Assembly: GCA_938045545.1 (NCBI GenBank)
Contig: CALIBN010000002.1
Coordinates: 64,001 to 128,000 of the forward strand
Reading direction: 5' to 3'
Length of the DNA: 64,000 nucleotides
From: an uncultured archaeon
GTDB taxonomy: Archaea > Thermoproteota > EX4484-205 > JAAOZP01
Shown: positions 58,944 to 64,000 of the stretch, in pieces
Position numbering within the stretch: position 1 is the first letter of the stretch
Layout of the letters: each line of letters begins with the position of its first letter
Notes under the pieces: generated by a model
Databases searched by the model: none
Seen by the model: the letters and a program-made list of their open reading frames with translations, nothing else
What the model was told of the DNA's origin: nothing
Made by a program: the position numbers and the translations under genes

Positions 58944-59826
58944 TCCTAACGGCCTTTAGAAAATCCATTTCCGTTAAAAAGCCTTCCAGAGAGCCGGATT
59001 TAACCACTAGGGCTGAGCCGTAACTGCTCCTCTTGACTATTTCCCAAGCCTCAGTTACCCTGGCCTGGGGATCCAGAATAGGAGGATCCCTAACGGTGAA
59101 GTCGACAACGCTTAGCGACATAAACTCTCCCAGCGTCTCACCAGCATGCTTGAAGAACTCCCGGCCACCGAGGAACCTGACTATTGAGCGGGATGAGAAT
59201 AACCCTACTGGCTTAGACTTCTCTAAGCATGGTAAACGCCTGTGTCCAGAGCTGACCATGGTTTCAACACCTTCCCTCAGACTCCTGTCTATTGAGATGC
59301 AAACCGGAGACTTAGACATGTAGTCTTCGACGAACCCGTTTTCCAGAGAATAGTTAAACCTCTCAAGCACGTCCCGAACTGTCAAAACAGCCTTGAGCCG
59401 GTTGCTCTTGTCCACTACTGCAAGACTGTTGACACCGTTCTTCTTCATTAAAACTATTGACTCCAACATGTTTTCAGACAGGCCTATGCTTACCACGTCT
59501 TTACGCATGAGCCTAGCCACAGGCGTCGACATTATGTCCATAACAGGCGTTCCAGGAGATTCTCTAGACTTCCAGAGCAGGTGTTTAACCACCTCCATCG
59601 GGGTCACGATCCCCTCGAGAAGACCGCTCGCCGTAGCCACGAAAACTCTTCTAAAGCCTCTTGCAACCATTGTTTCAAGAAGCCGTGACAATGGAGTGGT
59701 CTTGGTTACCGAGAGCGGCGGGGAAGTAGCATAGTACAGTACTGTTGAAGGTGAAGAGTACGACCGAACCCTCTTTCGAGGGCGGTCCTTCATGTATCTT
59801 AATCCTTTCTCCCTATCCCTGCTCAA
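58933..59826 (-). CDS. CBS domain protein (4 CBS)
   Basis: Repeated CBS motifs (LEGIVTPMEV, AVLTVRDV, GLFSSRSI, GFLTEMDF). Confidence 0.88.
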   Translation of the reverse strand: MSRDREKGLRYMKDRPRKRVRSYSSPSTVLYYATSPPLSVTKTTPLSRLLETMVARGFRRVFVATASGLLEGIVTPMEVVKHLLWKSRESPGTPVMDIMSTPVARLMRKDVVSIGLSENMLESIVLMKKNGVNSLAVVDKSNRLKAVLTVRDVLERFNYSLENGFVEDYMSKSPVCISIDRSLREGVETMVSSGHRRLPCLEKSKPVGLFSSRSIVRFLGGREFFKHAGETLGEFMSLSVVDFTVRDPPILDPQARVTEAWEIVKRSSYGSALVVKSGSLEGFLTEMDFLKAVRIGP

Positions 59827-59828
59827 CT

Positions 59829-60398
59829 CTAATCTTCAGAGGCGATTTTAAGGTCGGCCATGCAGTCTTCGCATAGAAGCCTTCCTTCGACGATGCTTAG
59901 AGAGTCGGACCACATGCCGCACTCCTCGCAGAATCCTTCGTAAAACTCTTTCCTTATTACGCTTCTTGAACGCTCCATGGCTGTTTTTTCAATCAGCTCG
60001 TATATTGCAGGTATAGCGTAGACCAGGTCTCTCTCAGAGACTATTCCCACAAGCCGCCCTCCCCTCTCGACGCCGAGCTTCTTAATTTTGCTCCTCCTCA
60101 TCTTGTCGAGAGCCTCTACAATACTGCTGTCGCTGCTAATCTTCTTCAACGGGTTAGACATGACTTCCCTCACTTTCACAAGCCGAGGATCCTTGGATTT
60201 GGCGACAACCTTCTCTATAACATCCCTCTCAGTAATTATTCCAATATCCTTCCCCTCATCGTCAACAACGATTAGCGAGCTTATATCGTGCTGAACCATT
60301 TGGAGAACAGCTGTGTGAACAGACTCCCCTGGGCTTATCGATATCACCGGATAACTCATAACCTCGTCCACGGTTAATGCCTTCCTGCTCGGCTTCAA
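59829..60398 (-). CDS. CBS domain protein with C-terminal Zn ribbon
   Basis: GIITERDV and GIVSERDL; C-terminal CEECG...LCEDC. Confidence 0.9.
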   Translation of the reverse strand: MKPSRKALTVDEVMSYPVISISPGESVHTAVLQMVQHDISSLIVVDDEGKDIGIITERDVIEKVVAKSKDPRLVKVREVMSNPLKKISSDSSIVEALDKMRRSKIKKLGVERGGRLVGIVSERDLVYAIPAIYELIEKTAMERSRSVIRKEFYEGFCEECGMWSDSLSIVEGRLLCEDCMADLKIASED

Positions 60399-60496
60399 CC
60401 CCCTCCCCTTTTTGGCTAACTATTCTCTCCAAGAGTATTTAAACTAATAGGGGTTAAATTTATCTAGAGGGACTGCGGAGAATTACCGTCTTAAAA

Positions 60497-60805
60497 ATGG
60501 GCGGGTCTAAGAAGCTTCGCTTAAGCCAGCTGGAGAAGAGGCAGAAGGAGGAGAGTAAGAAGGAGAAGGCTGAACGCCTAAAAAGCGAGAAAAAGGTTGG
60601 CGAAATTCTCCGCGATGAGGACGATAAGATACTCGAGAAGCTTAAGAACGTTAAGATTTTAACACCATATGTTGTCTTCAGCCAAACAGGCTTGAAAATG
60701 GGGGAAGCCAAGAGGCTTCTGAAAAGATTGGAGGAAAGAGGATTAGTGAAGAGGGTTGCTGGCAATAGCAGCGTTCCCATTTATGCTTTTCCGCAAGCTG
60801 CTTAA
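60497..60805 (+). CDS. rps25e: 30S ribosomal protein S25e
   Basis: MGGSKK..LSQLEKRQ, LTPY, AKRLLKRL...GLVK.V, IY. Confidence 0.9.
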   Translation: MGGSKKLRLSQLEKRQKEESKKEKAERLKSEKKVGEILRDEDDKILEKLKNVKILTPYVVFSQTGLKMGEAKRLLKRLEERGLVKRVAGNSSVPIYAFPQAA

Positions 60806-61176
60806 ACACGGGAAACAGAAACAACCTCCCCCTCTCTAAGGTTTTTCAAAGGATCTATCGGAGTCAATAGTCTTCCGATAAGAGTCACGTTTAGAAACCT
60901 GCAGTCGGGCGAGTCGGATGTGAAGAAAACCAGCCCCTGGAAGCGGGGAGAATAACCCACATCTCCCTGAGATGCCTCTGAAAGAGTCTTTTCAACCCCG
61001 ATTTTCAAACCCATGGTTAAGTACAGGTAAGTGTCCCCCTTCCCCACGACACCTATCTTCGGCAGGGAGCCGCCTAGGGCTGAGAAAACCCTCGGCGAGA
61101 AGCCTCGTTTAACACTAAACCTGCAGACGTCGCTTTCACCCGAAACTATTTTTAGCTCGAGCACATCCATCGACAT
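60802..61176 (-). CDS. divergent cyclophilin-like fold protein
   Basis: SPR, IGVEK, GDVGYSP, IG pattern; resembles the 32305 protein. Confidence 0.6.
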   Translation of the reverse strand: MSMDVLELKIVSGESDVCRFSVKRGFSPRVFSALGGSLPKIGVVGKGDTYLYLTMGLKIGVEKTLSEASQGDVGYSPRFQGLVFFTSDSPDCRFLNVTLIGRLLTPIDPLKNLREGEVVSVSRV

Positions 61177-61221
61177 AAAAGTTTAACAGAAACCCTTTGC
61201 AGGATATTAATAAGGCTTAGG

Positions 61222-61452
61222 GTGGTTGGATTGTTCATACTCATAGGGCCCCCGGACTCTGAGGAAAGGCTGAAACGTTTGGAGAAGGAGAAGGAAAGGC
61301 TTGAAAAAGAGTATGAGGATCTTCAGAAAAAATTTGAAGAGGGGAGGATAAGCAAGGAGGAGTATGAGAAGAAGAAGCACGATATTGAGAGAGAGTTCGT
61401 GGAGGTTATGGACAGGATAGTCCAGTACAAGGCTTTTTCAAGCGGCTTTTAG
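61222..61452 (+). CDS. small coiled-coil / SHOCT-like protein
   Basis: FEEGRISKEEYEKKK motif. Confidence 0.65.
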   Translation: MVGLFILIGPPDSEERLKRLEKEKERLEKEYEDLQKKFEEGRISKEEYEKKKHDIEREFVEVMDRIVQYKAFSSGF

Positions 61453-61612
61453 GTTTCAGGAGCATTTCTAATGCATAATTGCTGGCGGGTTCTGCGCAGG
61501 CCGTGTTAAGCAAACTTACAACTACTGATTGAGGAACACCGTCCAAATGGCTTGTTTCAACCGATTCTAGTTTAGAAAGGCTTAAAAATGGGTTTTCTCG
61601 AGGTAGAATGCG

Positions 61613-63244
61613 GTGAGTAAAATGAGCTCCTCGCAAGTAAAGGTTATTCCCTCGATAATTCTTAAAGAGGGAAGCAGGAGGAGCTTTGAAAAGGAGGCTC
61701 AGCTTTACAATCTTCTGGCATCAGAAGTGATCTTCGAAACCGTCAGGTCAGCCCTAGGCCCATTAGGCTACAGGAAAATCCTCGTGGATACGTTCGGCGA
61801 CACTACAATAACCGGTGACGGGGCGACGATAATGAGCGAGCTGGAGGTTGAGCATCCTGCTGCAAAGCTGATTGTAGACGCGGCAAAGTCTCAGAACAAG
61901 GAGGTCGGCGACGGGGTTACAAGTCTAGTGGTGTTAACCCATTTAATGTTTAAGGAAGCCGATTCCCTGATGAATATGGGGATACATCCCTCGATAATAA
62001 TCGACGCGTATACCGAGGGGGTTAGGAGGGGTCTGGACGCTTTGAAGAGCGAGCTTGCCATCAGGATCGACCCGAGAGACCCTGATGTTTTAAGGAAAAC
62101 AGTATTGTCCACAATACCCTTATCGCTAAACATGGCAGTAAGGGAGAGGCTTGCCGACATATCTGTTGAAGCAGCTAAAAGAATAATTGAGAAAGGGGTT
62201 GAGAACACTAGCGTTTTCGACGAGTTCTTGAAAACCGAGAAGAAAAGTGGCGGATCGATTCTGGATACTCAGCTGATCGAGGGAGTTGCACTCGACAAGG
62301 AGATTGTGCATCCCGACATGCCTAAAAGGGTTGAGAACGCGAGAATAGCCCTTCTAGACATGCCGATTGAAGTTAAGAAGACTGAGACGGACGAGAGGCT
62401 GAAATTCAGCGACGCCAGGATGATCAGGGAATTCCTCAAGACGGAGCAGAAAATGATGAGCGACATAGTTAACAGGCTTTCAGAGTTGAAAGTCAACGTG
62501 GTTTTCGTCCAGAAAGGCATAGACGACTATGCCCAATATCTTTTGGTGAAGAAGGGGATAATGGGCCTGAGGAGGGTTAAGAAATCAGACATGGAGAAGC
62601 TTGCACTCGCCACCGGGGCGAAAATCGTGAGTGTCTTGGAAGACTTGACTGAGGATAAGCTTGGTTTCGCGGGCATTGTGGAGGAGCGGAAAACAGGCGG
62701 AGAAAAATGGACGTTCGTCGAGAAGGTTCCGAACAAAGCGGTTCACACCATCCTGGTGAGGGGGGAGAACGATAAGATTGCCGATGAGGCGGAGAGGATT
62801 GTTAAGAACTGTATCGCTGTTCAGAGGACGCTTGTCGAGGAGCCCTACGTTCTACCGGGTGGCGGAGCTGCCGAGGTCTTCCTCTCGCGTAAACTCGCGG
62901 AGATGGCTAAGGGAGGAAAGGAGGGCATTGTGCTCGAATCATTAAGCAGAGTGTTCGACTCATATGTGAAGCAGATCGTAGCTAATTCAGGCGGGGATCC
63001 AGACGAGGTTTTAACCGAGCTTAAGGCGAGGCATGCTAAAGGAGAGAGGACAGCAGGCTTCGACGCTTTCAGCGGAGGAATCACGAATACTATTGAAAAA
63101 GGCATGTTCGACTCCTACAGGGTTAAGAAAACGGTGTACCTGGCTGCCCTTGAAACAGCCACAATCCTTCTAAGGGTTGACGACGTAATCATGGCGGCAA
63201 AAATGAAGCCTCCAAAGGGGAGGGAAGGCGGGGCGGAAGAGTAG
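61613..63244 (+). CDS. thermosome (group II chaperonin) subunit, divergent
   Basis: LGP, DGATI, HPAAK, GDG, VHPDMPK, QKGIDD, RRVKKSD, PGGGAAE, LLRVDDVI. Confidence 0.93.
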   Translation: MSKMSSSQVKVIPSIILKEGSRRSFEKEAQLYNLLASEVIFETVRSALGPLGYRKILVDTFGDTTITGDGATIMSELEVEHPAAKLIVDAAKSQNKEVGDGVTSLVVLTHLMFKEADSLMNMGIHPSIIIDAYTEGVRRGLDALKSELAIRIDPRDPDVLRKTVLSTIPLSLNMAVRERLADISVEAAKRIIEKGVENTSVFDEFLKTEKKSGGSILDTQLIEGVALDKEIVHPDMPKRVENARIALLDMPIEVKKTETDERLKFSDARMIREFLKTEQKMMSDIVNRLSELKVNVVFVQKGIDDYAQYLLVKKGIMGLRRVKKSDMEKLALATGAKIVSVLEDLTEDKLGFAGIVEERKTGGEKWTFVEKVPNKAVHTILVRGENDKIADEAERIVKNCIAVQRTLVEEPYVLPGGGAAEVFLSRKLAEMAKGGKEGIVLESLSRVFDSYVKQIVANSGGDPDEVLTELKARHAKGERTAGFDAFSGGITNTIEKGMFDSYRVKKTVYLAALETATILLRVDDVIMAAKMKPPKGREGGAEE

Positions 63245-63277
63245 AATGAAAATCGCTATGGAAGCTGAAGCTAAACA

Positions 63278-63559
63278 TTGAGCGTCTCCTCTTTAAAAAA
63301 CAGTATTGAGAAGAGAATAGAGGTCTCCAAAAAAAGGCTGACGAAGTTTGAGAAGACGAGAATAATAGGTTTAAGAGCTCTTGAACTATCATTGGGCGCT
63401 CCCCCTTTGATACCTGTTGAGCAAAGCAGTAGGCTGAGCGCTATCGAAATAGCGGCGCAAGAGGTTGAGAAAAAGATCCTCCCGCTGATAATCGGCAGAA
63501 GGATGCCTGACGGAAGCTACGTTTACGTCCCGTTGAGCGACTTAGAAGTAGAGGATTAA
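63278..63559 (+). CDS. rpo6: DNA-directed RNA polymerase subunit Rpo6 (K)
   Basis: LTKFEKTRIIGLRALELSLGAP, LPLII.R.MPDG. Confidence 0.93.
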   Translation: MSVSSLKNSIEKRIEVSKKRLTKFEKTRIIGLRALELSLGAPPLIPVEQSSRLSAIEIAAQEVEKKILPLIIGRRMPDGSYVYVPLSDLEVED

Positions 63560-63699
63560 ACCACATATTAGGCCGCCAGATACTTTTTAAAGTTGGGACC
63601 CGCGCCGAGCCCTATTAAGACCCTATACTGGCGGGCAGAAAGATTTTTATTCCGGCTACCCAACCCTCCCTACGCAAGGAGGAGGTGTAAGAGTAAACC

Positions 63700-63996
63700 A
63701 TGTGCACACAGACCACTGGACCGTCTCCTAACGTAGTGCTCGTAGGCAAGAAGCCAGCGTTAGTATACGCGGTTGCTGCGTTAATGCAGCTGACGTCTGA
63801 GCAGAGCGAGGTCACTCTTAAGGCGAGAGGGAGAGCAATATCGAAGGCTGTTGACGTCGTGGAGATCCTTAAGAGAAGGTTCCTAGGAAACCAGATGGTT
63901 CTGAAAAACGTTCAGATAGGCACCGAGACATTCCAGACGCCTGACAACAGGCAGAGGTTCATCTCGACTATAGAGATAACTGTTTCAAAGGCTTAA
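63700..63996 (+). CDS. albA: DNA/RNA-binding protein Alba
   Basis: VGKKP, LKARGRAISKAVDV.E, ISTIEI. Confidence 0.95.
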   Translation: MCTQTTGPSPNVVLVGKKPALVYAVAALMQLTSEQSEVTLKARGRAISKAVDVVEILKRRFLGNQMVLKNVQIGTETFQTPDNRQRFISTIEITVSKA

Positions 63997-64000
63997 AGGA

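Noticed and set aside
61565-61577. TTCTA-GTT-TAGAA palindrome before the thermosome TATA box (heat-shock element?)
   Set aside because: Only 5-bp arms overlapping the BRE, and not seen upstream of cdc48 or htrA.
325-63815. Numerous 60-230 aa antisense or overlapping ORFs in the track (e.g. 13353..13958, 33901..34596, 52842..53342)
   Set aside because: Ser/Pro/Thr-rich shadows of well-supported genes on the opposite strand.

Overview
A 64 kb, densely coding archaeal chromosomal segment. Ribosomal protein S25e, Rpo6, Alba, thermosome, CDC48, Trm112 and crenarchaeal-style pur genes point to a TACK archaeon; Brockarchaeota/Bathyarchaeia-like is my inference. Most of it is housekeeping: a purine cluster (purC, two purF, purD, purE, purS, purL, purQ, plus a separate purM), argG, trpS, nrdG, a K+-independent H+-pyrophosphatase, a DtxR-regulated Zn/Mn ABC transporter, and a nucleic-acid repair block (TatD, DUF429, Lhr, metallophosphoesterase, DNA ligase). 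Accessory or decaying patches are a frameshifted MNT-HEPN-like gene with a doubly frameshifted AAA_14/DUF4143 ATPase (about 10.1-13.3 kb), an internally deleted IS200/IS605 tnpB remnant (about 23.2-23.5 kb) and a compositionally odd islet (about 29.7-31.75 kb). I found no rRNA, complete tRNA or CRISPR array. The most notable observations are a thermosome subunit with degenerate ATPase motifs, a second PurF lacking Cys1, a candidate C/D-box sRNA with its own TATA box, a possible orphan TnpB omega-RNA, and an uncharacterised AbrB-like/wHTH/structured-RNA/Ig-repeat surface protein locus. All calls come from reading motifs by eye; no database searches were run.
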